Below, piece after piece: positions 37,684-47,913 of a stretch of 60,131 bases of DNA (positions within the stretch are counted from its first letter, which is position 1; the number at the start of each line of letters is the position of its first letter). The notes below the pieces were generated by a model that had not been told where the DNA came from, did not search any database, and saw only the letters and a program-made list of their open reading frames with translations. Origin of the DNA: Cyanobacteria bacterium auto_48_18 (GTDB lineage Bacteria; Cyanobacteriota; Vampirovibrionia; Obscuribacterales; Obscuribacteraceae). The stretch covers positions 1 through 60,131 of the forward strand of contig JAVHQC010000023.1 of the NCBI GenBank assembly GCA_036170915.1, written 5' to 3'. Made by a program: the position numbers and the translations under genes.

Positions 37684-39207
37684 CTAAATACCCTTCAACT
37701 GCCAGAAGCTAGCTTGAGTTCTAGGTGAGACCACAGACAATTTGACGAAGTTGGCTGGCCCGCGAGCAGCAATCGGCAATCCGCCAGTAATAATAATAGT
37801 ATCTTGCGGCGCCACATGATTGCGTTTGAGCAGAGTCTCTTCAACCAGAGCCATTGTCGATTCTGAATCCGAAACTTCATTCAACATCAGCGGCGTGGTG
37901 CCCCAGGTTAAGGTCAATTGACGATAAACGTGAGTTTGTTGTGTCAAAGCAATGATAGGACATGGTGGCTTGAACTGAGAAATCAGCCTTGCAGTGGAAC
38001 CTGATTTTGTAAAAGTAGCAATTACTCGTGCATGCATATCGACAGCCATGGCGCATGCCGCGTGAGCAATGGCGTGCGCTGATGAACCAAGTTCATGCTC
38101 GTGTAACTTTGAGCGGTCCTGGCTGCTTTCTGCGGCGAAAGCAATGCGGTCCATCATCATCACAGTTTCAACCGGATATTCACCCATAGCGCTTTCTTCA
38201 GAAAGCATAACTGCATCAGTGCCGTCAAAAATAGCGTTGGCTACGTCTGAGGCTTCAGCCCTTGTAGGACGCGGATTATTAGCCATGGAATCAAGCATTT
38301 GGGTTGCTGTAATACATGGTTTGCCGTGAGCATTGGCCCGACGAATAATGAGTTTTTGAGCTGGCGGCACCATTTCTGGTGGCAATTCCACCCCAAGATC
38401 GCCGCGTGCCACCATAACACCATCTGTGACCAGAAGAATTTCTTCTAAATGATCGACGGCTTCAGGTTTTTCCAGTTTAGCGATAATCATTACTGGTGGC
38501 CAGTGATCGCCGATTTGCTCGCGCAAATCAACAATGTCTTGGGCATCACGAACAAATGACAGAGCAACAAAGTCGACTTCGCATTTGAGGCCGACTTTCA
38601 AATCTTCTTTATCTTTTTCAGTCAAGGCCGGAATCGAAAGTCTGACGCCGGGAATGTTAATGCCTTGATGATTTTTGAGCACTCCGCCGATGACAATTTC
38701 GCAAACAGCGTCAGTTTCGTCTACTTCTAAAACGCGCAATTCAATCAGACCGTCGTCGAGCAAAATCGTGTCACCAGGCTTAACTTCGCGAGCGAGGGGC
38801 TCGTAGTTGGTGCTGACGATTTCTACTGTACCTTCGACTTTGCGGCTGGTGAGAGTAAACTTCGCACCTTTTTCAAGCTTTACTGGCTTGTCGTCGATCA
38901 ATTTGCGAGTGCGAATTTTGGGGCCGGATAAATCAAGTAAAATGCCAACGGGCATATCCAGTCTGGCGCTGATTTCGCGTACATCTGCAACTACAGATTC
39001 AATAAATTCCGGGGTTGAGTGCGAGCAGTTGATGCGGGCAACGTCCATTCCGGCGCGAATCATTTCGGCTAGTTTTTCTGGCGCACGGCAGGCTGGACCA
39101 ATGGTAGCGATAATCTTGGTGCGAGTAAGTCTCATGTGAGCACTCTCCTTTTTATGAGCAGGAGCCTGCACGGCTGAGGTGTCGCTTTTTTCTAATTCAG
39201 TTTTCAA
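37684..39207 (-). CDS. pyk: Pyruvate kinase
   Basis: RTKIIATIGPA, DLSGPKIR, MVARGDLGVE, ATQMLDSM and PTRAEASDV motifs. Confidence 0.97.
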   Translation of the reverse strand: MKTELEKSDTSAVQAPAHKKESAHMRLTRTKIIATIGPACRAPEKLAEMIRAGMDVARINCSHSTPEFIESVVADVREISARLDMPVGILLDLSGPKIRTRKLIDDKPVKLEKGAKFTLTSRKVEGTVEIVSTNYEPLAREVKPGDTILLDDGLIELRVLEVDETDAVCEIVIGGVLKNHQGINIPGVRLSIPALTEKDKEDLKVGLKCEVDFVALSFVRDAQDIVDLREQIGDHWPPVMIIAKLEKPEAVDHLEEILLVTDGVMVARGDLGVELPPEMVPPAQKLIIRRANAHGKPCITATQMLDSMANNPRPTRAEASDVANAIFDGTDAVMLSEESAMGEYPVETVMMMDRIAFAAESSQDRSKLHEHELGSSAHAIAHAACAMAVDMHARVIATFTKSGSTARLISQFKPPCPIIALTQQTHVYRQLTLTWGTTPLMLNEVSDSESTMALVEETLLKRNHVAPQDTIIITGGLPIAARGPANFVKLSVVSPRTQASFWQLKGI

Positions 39208-39227
39208 TTTACTAGACCTAATATCAG

Positions 39228-40898
39228 TTATTTAGCTGTGCCGGAAGCAATGCTTTCACTTTCTTCCAGACGGAAGTTGGCTAAATTCAGTTCCGAGAAA
39301 CAGTTATCGATATCAGCGATAGCAGCAATTTCGTTGAACTGGATATGACCAGATTTGATCATGTTGTAGAGCTTATTAAAGCGCTCAACGTGACCATCAA
39401 ATCTTTCGATAGCATAATCTTTTGCTTGACCGGTGGTAACCAGGAAAGGCCAGTCTGAGGATGAAAGCAGTAAGAGCTCGCGTGCCAGTTGTTCCGCCGC
39501 TTTGCTAAGCGCCGCATCTTTTGGTTGAGCTTTCACCAACTCCATCACTTCTTGCATCTGCTTTTCAGCCTGGTGAATTTGTGGCCACATAAACTCAGTG
39601 TCGTTGTTGAGCCAAACTTGATAATGACCACCAGAACCCCAAGAAGATTCAGGCAAGTTGATGGTTTTTTCAGGTGGTGTTTCGGCCAAATATTCGCTGG
39701 CAGTTTGCATGTTTACCGCTGTGTAATTCTTCAATTTGCGAATTACTTCCTTCAGCCAGGTGACACCTTCGAACCACCAGTGACCGAATAATTCGGTGTC
39801 GAATGAAACCATGACGAGCCCTGGGCGACCAGTGGCTTTCAAATGATCAGTAAGGCATTCTTGTAAGAAGCCTACATAGTGATCGGCATTTTCTTTGATG
39901 CGGTTGGCGGCTGCTTCAGGGTTGTAAAGCTCTTTGTCGCCAAGGTCTGTGCTCTTTGAAGTTAACTTCCAGAAGTGCAGACCGGAGCTGTCGTCTTTTT
40001 TGTGAAATTCGCGATAATTGCCGTCACCGGGATAACCTTGATCAGCAGACCAGACCTGGTAACCGGCTTGTTCATGACGACCCATGACAGCAATTGGATA
40101 TTCTTTCAGCCAGAAAGCTTCGAAAGTATCGAGACCGGTACTGCCGTTTTGCTTAGAAGGCACATATTCTACTGATCCATAAGGACCAACTACTCGGCGA
40201 ACTTCAGCAGTTTGTCCGCCCTTAATAACAAATGATTCTGTGAAGAAATACTTCAATCCGGCTTCGAATAACCATTTTTCAATGCCGGCACGCTCGCCCT
40301 GAGCTGGTCTATATGCGCATTCGGGCAACCAGAAACCGTTCGGATCTTTGCCGAAATGTTTTTTGTAATTGGCTACGCCGGTTTTGTACTGGCCAATGAT
40401 TGAAGAATCTTCGCTCAATAGCGGTGAAAAACAGTGAGTGGCAGCTGACGTTGTAATTTCGATTGCGCCTGCATCTTGCAATCTTTTGAAGCCGCCGATG
40501 ATGTCGCGCTTCCAGCGACTGGCAAAATCGCGCTGAATGGCGGTGAACCAATCTAAATAGAATTTGGCCAGGTGATGATTTTCAGGATTCGGGCTGGCAC
40601 CAAAACTGGCATATTTGGCTTCATCTGCTTTGGCGGCTTTGATGCGCAAGGTGACATATTTTTCGAAGCCTTGCTTGAGATGCTCGTCGGCGAGCTGTTC
40701 GCAGAGTACTGGTGTGAGGCCGATAGTAAGTTTGGCCTTAATGCCTTCTTGCAAAAGATCGTCGATGGCATTGAGCAACGGAATGTATGTTTCTGCCATG
40801 CATTCGTAAACGCTTTCTTCACCGAATGGCCACATGCCCGCTTTCCGATAGAAGGGGAGGTGGCTGTGCAACATAAAAACGAAGGAGCCAATGCTCAA
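39228..40898 (-). CDS. GH57 1,4-alpha-glucan branching enzyme (DUF1957)
   Basis: LHSHLP, ETYIPL, FWLPECAY, FDTELFGHWWFEG, ESSWG and SSDWPF motifs; probable TTG start at 40898. Confidence 0.93.
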   Translation of the reverse strand: MSIGSFVFMLHSHLPFYRKAGMWPFGEESVYECMAETYIPLLNAIDDLLQEGIKAKLTIGLTPVLCEQLADEHLKQGFEKYVTLRIKAAKADEAKYASFGASPNPENHHLAKFYLDWFTAIQRDFASRWKRDIIGGFKRLQDAGAIEITTSAATHCFSPLLSEDSSIIGQYKTGVANYKKHFGKDPNGFWLPECAYRPAQGERAGIEKWLFEAGLKYFFTESFVIKGGQTAEVRRVVGPYGSVEYVPSKQNGSTGLDTFEAFWLKEYPIAVMGRHEQAGYQVWSADQGYPGDGNYREFHKKDDSSGLHFWKLTSKSTDLGDKELYNPEAAANRIKENADHYVGFLQECLTDHLKATGRPGLVMVSFDTELFGHWWFEGVTWLKEVIRKLKNYTAVNMQTASEYLAETPPEKTINLPESSWGSGGHYQVWLNNDTEFMWPQIHQAEKQMQEVMELVKAQPKDAALSKAAEQLARELLLLSSSDWPFLVTTGQAKDYAIERFDGHVERFNKLYNMIKSGHIQFNEIAAIADIDNCFSELNLANFRLEESESIASGTAK

Positions 40899-41109
40899 GG
40901 TCCTGACCTCTAATGCCGTTCTAATTTCTGCCGTGTTCACGAATTTGCAAATGAGTGTGCGAAAGCTCAACCACAACTTGCAAAGAACAGTCAGGAATAT
41001 AACAAGAAGAAGCCTAGCCGGTCAGCTGCATAGGCTTAAACCGTAACTATTCTTTAGTACGCGTTTACGATATGCTGATGAAACAATTGTTGCGGTAAAT
41101 TACGAGCAG

Positions 41110-41460
41110 ATGTCAGAAGAAGAACAAAACATCAACTTTTTACAGCCCGAGTCGGCCCTCGAAAGCAATGACCCGACTAAGCCAAAACGCGGCCGACCGC
41201 CTGGCACAGCCAAGCCAGCGGGTGCGACTTCTGTCGGCGGCGAAGCAAAGCCGGCAGAAAATAGAGTGGTCAAGTTGCTCGATAAAAATCCTGTTGGCAT
41301 GACCTTGCCTGAGATGGCAGGTGGACCGAGACAGTTGAAGCGCATCAAAACTTTGCGTCCGCAGCTGGCCGAAGCCATTCGTGCTGGTTTGATTATGCCC
41401 GTATCACAAAGAGCCGGACACACTGTTTATCGCCTCGTACGCCATATTGCTAATCGCTGA
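41110..41460 (+). CDS. Small putative DNA-binding protein with AT-hook and winged-helix-like region
   Basis: PKRGRPPG motif; VVKLL..GMTLPEMA..L..AGLI..VYRL pattern. Confidence 0.6.
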   Translation: MSEEEQNINFLQPESALESNDPTKPKRGRPPGTAKPAGATSVGGEAKPAENRVVKLLDKNPVGMTLPEMAGGPRQLKRIKTLRPQLAEAIRAGLIMPVSQRAGHTVYRLVRHIANR

Positions 41461-41516
41461 GAGCCGCTTCCAGTCTTCGCCGAGCAAGCGGTGCTGGCCG
41501 TACTGCTACAATTATC

Positions 41517-41550
41517 GCTACCGCTTTAAAATTGTTGCTAGCGCTTTAAA
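41517..41550. repeat. 14-bp direct repeat GCTA(C/G)CGCTTTAAA, 20-bp period, just before the kdsA RBS
   Basis: Copies at 41517-41530 and 41537-41550. Confidence 0.7.
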
Positions 41551-41562
41551 TAGGAAGAGTAT

Positions 41563-42441
41563 ATGGCAGTTAAATCTGTAACAGTTGGCACTCATCAAGT
41601 GCGAGCCGGTGGAAAATTTTTGATTATCGCTGGCCCATGCGTGATTGAGTCATGGGAGACGATCTTCACTACCGCCAAATTTTTGCAAGATTTGTCTGCC
41701 AAACACGATTTTAATTTGGTTTTTAAATCTTCTTTTGACAAAGCCAATCGCACTGCTGTTCATGGATTTCGTGGCCCAGGCTTAGAAAAGGGACTGGCCA
41801 TGCTGGCTGACATCAAAAGTAAACTCGGTTTGCCCGTGCTTTCAGATATTCACGAAGTAGAGCAGTGTGCCGCTGCCGGTGCAGTCCTCGACGTTTTGCA
41901 AATACCAGCTTTCCTTTGTCGGCAAACCGATTTGCTTGTAGCCGCCGCGCAAACGGGCAAGTGCGTCAATATCAAAAAGGGGCAATTCCTCTCTCCTGGC
42001 GAGATGAAGAATGCAGTGAAAAAAGTAGTCGACTCTGGCAACGAAAATGTCATGCTGACCGAGCGCGGCACCACATTTGGTTACAACAATCTGGTTGTAG
42101 ATTTCCGCGGCGTGCCAATTATGAAAGAAACTGGGTATCCGGTTATTTATGATGCCACTCACTCAGTGCAATTGCCTGGTGGTGCTGGCGATGCTTCAAG
42201 CGGGCAGCGGCAATATATCCCTACGCTGGCTAAAGCCGCTGTGGTAGCTGGCGTAGACGGCATGTTTATGGAAGTTCATCCAAACCCAGATCAAGCAAAA
42301 AGTGACGCTGCCAATCAGGTGCCTTTGGCAAACGTTGAAGAGCTCATTGCTCAAGTGCTCAAGCTTTATGACACTGTCAAAGCGATGCCTGAAATCAATT
42401 TGCCCGCCCAAGGTCAGTGCAAAGAATTTGTCTCTGTCTAG
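41563..42441 (+). CDS. kdsA: KDO 8-phosphate synthase
   Basis: IAGPCVIE, SFDKANRT, QIPAFLCRQTDL, NIKKGQF and DATHSVQ motifs. Confidence 0.97.
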   Translation: MAVKSVTVGTHQVRAGGKFLIIAGPCVIESWETIFTTAKFLQDLSAKHDFNLVFKSSFDKANRTAVHGFRGPGLEKGLAMLADIKSKLGLPVLSDIHEVEQCAAAGAVLDVLQIPAFLCRQTDLLVAAAQTGKCVNIKKGQFLSPGEMKNAVKKVVDSGNENVMLTERGTTFGYNNLVVDFRGVPIMKETGYPVIYDATHSVQLPGGAGDASSGQRQYIPTLAKAAVVAGVDGMFMEVHPNPDQAKSDAANQVPLANVEELIAQVLKLYDTVKAMPEINLPAQGQCKEFVSV

Positions 42442-42501
42442 TCGAGTATTTTGTTTTTCGTGAAAGAACGCCGATCAACGCCATGCATAAGGAAAAGCTC
42501 T

Positions 42502-44931
42502 ATGAGCCGGTTACCTGCCGCTCGCGCTAACGCCGCTTTGGTGGCGGCATTTCTCGCGCTCAATGCTTGCGGCGGGTTCATGACGCCGGCTTGCGCACAA
42601 GATCTGCCGGTTTCAAAGCCTGCTGACACCGCCCGTGAATCGATTACGTTGCTTGATTTGCTCACTAAAAGTCTCACTGCCTATGGTGGCGAAGAGTCAG
42701 TGGCTCAGCTGGCCTCTGGTTTCAATGTTTACGGTCGCGAATATGACAATCTCAATGGCGACCTTGAGACAAAACGCCTTGAGCCAACCAATAGCGATGC
42801 ATCTTTTCGTCTTTTGCGTCGAGGCGTGCGCTGGCGACTTGACCACGAGCGTGGGCCGCAGTTGGCCAATCAGCAAACTGAGTCTACCCAGGCCGTGACT
42901 GTATCTGAAGGTTTCAACGGCGAGATTCCCTGGATCAAAGCCGGTGCCAAATCAAGCAACAGAGCCGAAGATTTGCAGATGGATTCGGCCAAACTGCTCA
43001 ATCTGGAAACTACTTTACCGGCGAGCTTTGTCCTTGAAGGACTGCGTCTGGCGCAATCAAGTAATCGTGATCAGATAGTTTTAAAAGGTGAAACTGTTTA
43101 TCGCGACACACCAGTGTGGCTTGTGGAATTTAAAAGTCCTAATGGTGCTGATAGTTTTACTCTGGCGATTGAAAAAAACAATTTCATGGTGGTGTCACTA
43201 GCTTTCAACATCGGTGATTCTGTGGGAAAGTCAGTCACCATTGACTATAGCGAGTACAGTCCTGCGGCCGGCACTGTGTATCCTCATAAGCTGATGAGGC
43301 GCATCGAAGGCAAATTGGAACTGGTCAGAGTCATGACTGATCTCTCCGCCAGCGCAAAAATGAAAGACAGTGAGTTTGATCGCCCTGGCGGCACGTTCCA
43401 CCTTACGCGCACTATTAATGTACCTTTCGATTACGGCCAGCGCGAAATTTTGGTCAAAGGGAGACTCAATAACGGTGAAGAATTAGATTTCTTGTTTGAT
43501 ACTGGTGCCAGTGACACCATTATCGATCGCAGAGTCGCCGCTGAAAGCTATTTGTTAAAGGAAGGCGTGGCAGGCATGAGGGCCCTGGGCGGCTCGGTCT
43601 TGACCAATATCAGCACCATCGGACGTTTAGAGTTGGGCAATTTAATTGTTAACGACATTGATGCTCGCATTTTAGATCTTTCGCCACAATCAAGGCATCT
43701 TGGCCGCAGACTTGGTGGCATCATAGGCACCAATGTAATTTCTAAATTTGTGGTGTCGGTTGATTATGGTAGAACGACTCTCAGCTTTTATGATGCCGAC
43801 AGTTTTGTTGTGCCTGAAGGGTGCGCCATTGTGTCGTTTACGCGAAAGAGTGCACCGGTAGTAAAAGTAAAGCTCAATGGCCGCGAAGACGTGATGATGC
43901 TGGTCGACACCGGTGCTGCCTTCAATAATTTGCCGGCAAACGTGGCTTTGCGCTACACCACAGGCGATGCGTCTGCCAGGCACGCTACTGAGGGGACAGG
44001 CTTGGATGGTCGCCCTGTTCGTCTTGGAAGAGTCAAAGTAGACAACGTCTTAATCGGCAGCAAACTAGTCAAAAGCGTTGATTTCACCTACGCTCTAGCT
44101 AATCCGGCCACCGCTAAAAGTGAACCGAATAAAGACACGGGATTTTTCCAGACTTCCAATTTAGGCATTCTCGGCAATCCATTTTTAGAGAATTTTTTCG
44201 TCTATTTTGATTATAAGTTCCAGCGCATGTTGCTCAAGACTTCTGCTGTGATTAAGACCCGTTCAGCAATTGAGCAGGCCATTTCTTCTGGTGACGACCA
44301 GCTTGTGCAAAAACGTGATTTTCGCTTAGCTGAGATCAGTTATAACAAAGCAATGTTGATTGCCACCGGCAATGGTGACAAGAAAACCGAAGCCAAGCTG
44401 CTTGGCCGCTTTGGTAATTTGCGCCGCATGATGGCTAAAGATCTGGGCCGTCCAGAGCATTCTAAAGCCGCCTATGACTATTTCGTCAAAGCTCAAGAGC
44501 TGGCCAAAAAAACCGGACAAACTGAAATTGAAGGCCGAATTTTAGCTGACTGGAGTTTGCTCTATTTAGATAATAATCAAACAGATTCAGCCAAGCAGAC
44601 CATGGATCGAGCTCTGCTGCTTTCTCCTCAAGACGCCAATGTCAATATTGATTGTGCCGTGCATTTATACCGTGCCCACCGCTATCCTGAGATGCAGCGC
44701 TATGTGGAAAAGGCCTTATTCCTCGATCCTTCTAACTGGCAAGCGCTCTGGTATCAGATCAAATTATCTGAAATGTTCGGTGATAACGTCAAAGTTTTAG
44801 GCACACTCAAAGAAATTCTGCGCCACTACCCCTGGTCTAAAACGGCTCAGGAGAAGTTGAAACAGTTGCAAGCCCCGCCTGCCCCGGTCACTCCGGCGGT
44901 CACTACACCGATGTATAACCGCAATCACTAG
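42502..44931 (+). CDS. Exported protein with LolA-like beta-rich N-domain, two retropepsin-like aspartic protease domains and C-terminal TPRs
   Basis: FLFDTGAS..GIIG and MLVDTGA..GILG motifs; TPR helices at the C-terminus. Confidence 0.85.
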   Translation: MSRLPAARANAALVAAFLALNACGGFMTPACAQDLPVSKPADTARESITLLDLLTKSLTAYGGEESVAQLASGFNVYGREYDNLNGDLETKRLEPTNSDASFRLLRRGVRWRLDHERGPQLANQQTESTQAVTVSEGFNGEIPWIKAGAKSSNRAEDLQMDSAKLLNLETTLPASFVLEGLRLAQSSNRDQIVLKGETVYRDTPVWLVEFKSPNGADSFTLAIEKNNFMVVSLAFNIGDSVGKSVTIDYSEYSPAAGTVYPHKLMRRIEGKLELVRVMTDLSASAKMKDSEFDRPGGTFHLTRTINVPFDYGQREILVKGRLNNGEELDFLFDTGASDTIIDRRVAAESYLLKEGVAGMRALGGSVLTNISTIGRLELGNLIVNDIDARILDLSPQSRHLGRRLGGIIGTNVISKFVVSVDYGRTTLSFYDADSFVVPEGCAIVSFTRKSAPVVKVKLNGREDVMMLVDTGAAFNNLPANVALRYTTGDASARHATEGTGLDGRPVRLGRVKVDNVLIGSKLVKSVDFTYALANPATAKSEPNKDTGFFQTSNLGILGNPFLENFFVYFDYKFQRMLLKTSAVIKTRSAIEQAISSGDDQLVQKRDFRLAEISYNKAMLIATGNGDKKTEAKLLGRFGNLRRMMAKDLGRPEHSKAAYDYFVKAQELAKKTGQTEIEGRILADWSLLYLDNNQTDSAKQTMDRALLLSPQDANVNIDCAVHLYRAHRYPEMQRYVEKALFLDPSNWQALWYQIKLSEMFGDNVKVLGTLKEILRHYPWSKTAQEKLKQLQAPPAPVTPAVTTPMYNRNH

Positions 44932-44943
44932 TCAATAACTCGC

Positions 44944-45528
44944 TTAGTGACTAGCGCGTTTTTGTACGGCCCCTGAAAGCTCTTTAAATTGCGGGCCGAA
45001 ATAGTATTTGCGCATTTCTTTGTAAGCGTCTTCATAGCTGTAGCCGTCGTGTGTCACTCGCCAGACTCCCACCAGGCAGCCGGTGCGGTCAGAGCCGTGG
45101 GCACAGTGAAGGAAGACTGTTTCGTTGTTTTTCTGGGCTACTTCCACCGCTGCGGTGAAAGTAGATAGTTGAGACTCTGTGGGCGCTTTAGCGCTCATGG
45201 GCAAATTGATATATTTCATGCCCAGCGCCTCAGCCTGCTGCGCTTCTGCCTTGGTACGGAAGCTGGCTGCGCGCAGATCAATCACCGTCTTTACGCCTTT
45301 TTGCTCCAGCTGCTGCATGCCCGCGGCCGTTGGTTCACCACCTCTATAAAGATAGGGGTGAACTATATGAAAGTTGGGAAGGTCTTCGATTTTTTTGCCC
45401 GGAGTTTTGTAATCTACAGAAGTGGGCGCCGTGACTTTAGCGGGAGCACAAAGGGCCGATGCCGGCTGCAAGAATGGGAGTAGAAGTGCCGCAAGGGAGC
45501 ACACAAGCTCTTTATGGATGGTCTGCAT
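44944..45528 (-). CDS. Dual-specificity/tyrosine phosphatase family protein, probably exported
   Basis: PNF..LYRGG, VIDLR and HCAHGSDRTG (CX5R) motifs; hydrophobic N-terminus. Confidence 0.9.
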   Translation of the reverse strand: MQTIHKELVCSLAALLLPFLQPASALCAPAKVTAPTSVDYKTPGKKIEDLPNFHIVHPYLYRGGEPTAAGMQQLEQKGVKTVIDLRAASFRTKAEAQQAEALGMKYINLPMSAKAPTESQLSTFTAAVEVAQKNNETVFLHCAHGSDRTGCLVGVWRVTHDGYSYEDAYKEMRKYYFGPQFKELSGAVQKRASH

Positions 45529-45661
45529 ATTTGATTCTCGATGACTGTGCTTTTGCACACTGATTCAGGTTATTGGCTCTGTTATCTTCAACTAGCTGGT
45601 GGAGGGAAAAAGGGTAATTTGATTAACTCCTGTTAACAATTGCTTTTTTTACTCAAATAAT

Positions 45662-45687
45662 TGAACTTTTTCACTAGTTTTAGCGTT
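45662..45687 (+). promoter_or_regulatory. Putative autoregulatory ECF promoter (T)GAAC-N17-CGTT
   Basis: GAAC at 45663-45666 and CGTT at 45684-45687, directly upstream of the ECF sigma gene. Confidence 0.55.
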
Positions 45688-45710
45688 TTACCTATTAACC
45701 ACCCACAAGG

Positions 45711-46355
45711 TTGGAGACTATGGACCTTTCAGACGAGGCCCTGATAAAAAAATATAGAGTGGATGGGGACATGACTGTCTTCAGTACTTTAGTGAAGCGG
45801 TATCAAAACCGTGTGTTCATGATCGCGTACAGGCTTTTGAATAATAGCGAAGAAGCCGAGGAGGTTGTTCAAGACACTTTTGTCAAAGTGCATCAAAATT
45901 TCGATAAGTTTCGCACCGAGAATATCTTTGCTTCTTGGATTTTCCGCATTGCCCACAATCACTGTATGGATATTCTAAGACAAAGACAGAGAAAGAGGTC
46001 CACTGTAGTGGTGTCCTTTGATCCGCAGTCTACAGTAGCCGAGGAAGAAGGCGACCGAATCCTCAATCAACCGCTTTCGCAAGTTGCCGACGAGCAGCCG
46101 AATCCATCACAAAGTCTCGATATGAGTGAGCAGACCAATATGGTAGAAAGATCACTCAATGAGCTGCCTGAGGCCCAAAAAACCGTTTTGATTTTGCACG
46201 ATCTTCAAGGATTCTCCTATAGTGAAATTGCCGAAATTGTCGGCGCCAATATCGGCACCGTGCGCTCCAGGCTACATTATGGCCGTATCAAACTCAAAGA
46301 ATTGCTCGCTCCGTATTTTTCCAGTGAAGTTAATTTGCCCGCCACATTCAGGTGA
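45711..46355 (+). CDS. ECF RNA polymerase sigma factor (RpoE/SigW-like)
   Basis: Region 2 AEEVVQDTF..FASWIFRIAHN; region 4 SYSEIAEIVG..GTVRSRL. Confidence 0.95.
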   Translation: METMDLSDEALIKKYRVDGDMTVFSTLVKRYQNRVFMIAYRLLNNSEEAEEVVQDTFVKVHQNFDKFRTENIFASWIFRIAHNHCMDILRQRQRKRSTVVVSFDPQSTVAEEEGDRILNQPLSQVADEQPNPSQSLDMSEQTNMVERSLNELPEAQKTVLILHDLQGFSYSEIAEIVGANIGTVRSRLHYGRIKLKELLAPYFSSEVNLPATFR

Positions 46356-47176
46356 TAGACATGCAAGATTCGAATTCCAAATGCCAACAATTAGAAGAAG
46401 CTCTTGATGCCTACTACGATCTAGAACTCAGTGCTGAAGAAGCCGAGGTCGTTGAACGCCACCTGGCCGATTGCGAGGCCTGCACCGCCAGACTGGCAGA
46501 GATTGATTCAGTGGTTATGCAAGTTAAAACCATTCCCGAAGTGACCCTCAGCCGCGATCTCAGTGGCGATATTGAAGCTAAAATTCTGGCCGCTCAGGCA
46601 AAATCTGGCGAGCTTACTCCTGCACCGGCATCAAGTGTGACCGCGTCTAGCAATGTGGTGCCCTTTACTCCGGTGGCATCATCGAAGAAGAAGTATTATT
46701 TAGTGGCCAGTGCTGCTGCTGTTATCGCACTGTCTTTCGCTTTGGCTCAATTGAAGCCTGCACCGTCTACAGTGGCGTCTATAACTAAGCCGAACTCAAC
46801 AGGTGTGGTAAGTGCGCAGAAATCTGAACCAGCGAGCGGGCAAACGGCGCCGACAATAGCGCAAACTGTTACACAGACCCCAGTGCAACCTCCGTTAATG
46901 CAAAGCCGTTTAACGCAAGCCCGTTTAACGCAAACCGATGTGAGCACTAAAGCCAATCTAAATTCTGCCAGTACTCCTGCCAATACTCACACAGCGCAAA
47001 TGTTGGCTGCCACAGGCAAAAGTGGAGGTGTGAATAAGCATGAGCACGATATCAATCAAAACCAAGTCAATGACAGTGAAGAATTGGTTGCTTTATATGA
47101 TTACGAAAATACAGATAATGCCCTAGATCTTGGCTTCAGCACTAACGAGGACGGCTTGTATGCAATCAAATTATAA
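46352..47176 (+). CDS. Zinc-binding (HxxxCxxC) transmembrane anti-sigma factor
   Basis: HLADCEAC motif, TM helix, GTGA overlap with the sigma gene. Confidence 0.9.
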   Translation: MIDMQDSNSKCQQLEEALDAYYDLELSAEEAEVVERHLADCEACTARLAEIDSVVMQVKTIPEVTLSRDLSGDIEAKILAAQAKSGELTPAPASSVTASSNVVPFTPVASSKKKYYLVASAAAVIALSFALAQLKPAPSTVASITKPNSTGVVSAQKSEPASGQTAPTIAQTVTQTPVQPPLMQSRLTQARLTQTDVSTKANLNSASTPANTHTAQMLAATGKSGGVNKHEHDINQNQVNDSEELVALYDYENTDNALDLGFSTNEDGLYAIKL

Positions 47177-47180
47177 GGAT

Positions 47181-47912
47181 GTGAAAACACTCCTTACTAT
47201 CTTTACAAATTTGCTGGTGCTACTTATGGTGCCCGTGGTGACTGACGCCGGTTCGGCTCTAGCACAAGCTTCAGATACGGCTCCCATTGACGAAAGTGAT
47301 GTTATGCCAGCCGGGCGCGGAGAGCATAGACGTATTAAGCGTGTTTTGAGAGAACGTCGTTTCGCTGCTGACGCCAACGCCTCACCGTCCACTATTAATG
47401 CTGATGGTGAAAAGCCTTTGCCAGGCATAGGGGCAAACAGTTTTACTATGCATCCGGGGCTTAGCCCTGGAGACCGACCAATGCGCCGGCGCAATTTTGC
47501 CGGTTCAGGGCTTGCTGGCCGCGGGATGGGGCGTGGCATCAATCAGGGCATGGGAGGCGGCATGGCCAGTGCCATGGGTCGAAATACTCTTGATCTGTCG
47601 CAGCTCAATTTAAGCGACGAGCAAAAAAGTCGCATTGCTGCTTTGCGTTCAAAAAACAAAGGCGTGGGCAAAGAAATTTTGCAGTCTATCAAAAGTAAGC
47701 GCGCTGAGATGAGAGAGATGATTTCCGATCCAACATTTAGTACCGCTCAAATTAAAGCTAAGCGGCAAGAGTTGCGCAGTTTGCTAGATGACTTAGAATC
47801 AAACAAGCTCGACGATTTGCTGGCTATAAGAGCTATTCTTACTCCTGATCAGGTTAAACGATTACGCCCAGGTGGTGGTGGCGGCATTGCTGCAGCAGCC
47901 GCCAAACCCTAG
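47181..47912 (+). CDS. Spy/CpxP-family periplasmic protein
   Basis: Signal peptide, Gly/Met-rich segment, LNLSDEQK and ILTPDQ (LTxxQ) motifs. Confidence 0.85.
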   Translation: MKTLLTIFTNLLVLLMVPVVTDAGSALAQASDTAPIDESDVMPAGRGEHRRIKRVLRERRFAADANASPSTINADGEKPLPGIGANSFTMHPGLSPGDRPMRRRNFAGSGLAGRGMGRGINQGMGGGMASAMGRNTLDLSQLNLSDEQKSRIAALRSKNKGVGKEILQSIKSKRAEMREMISDPTFSTAQIKAKRQELRSLLDDLESNKLDDLLAIRAILTPDQVKRLRPGGGGGIAAAAAKP

Positions 47913-47913
47913 A

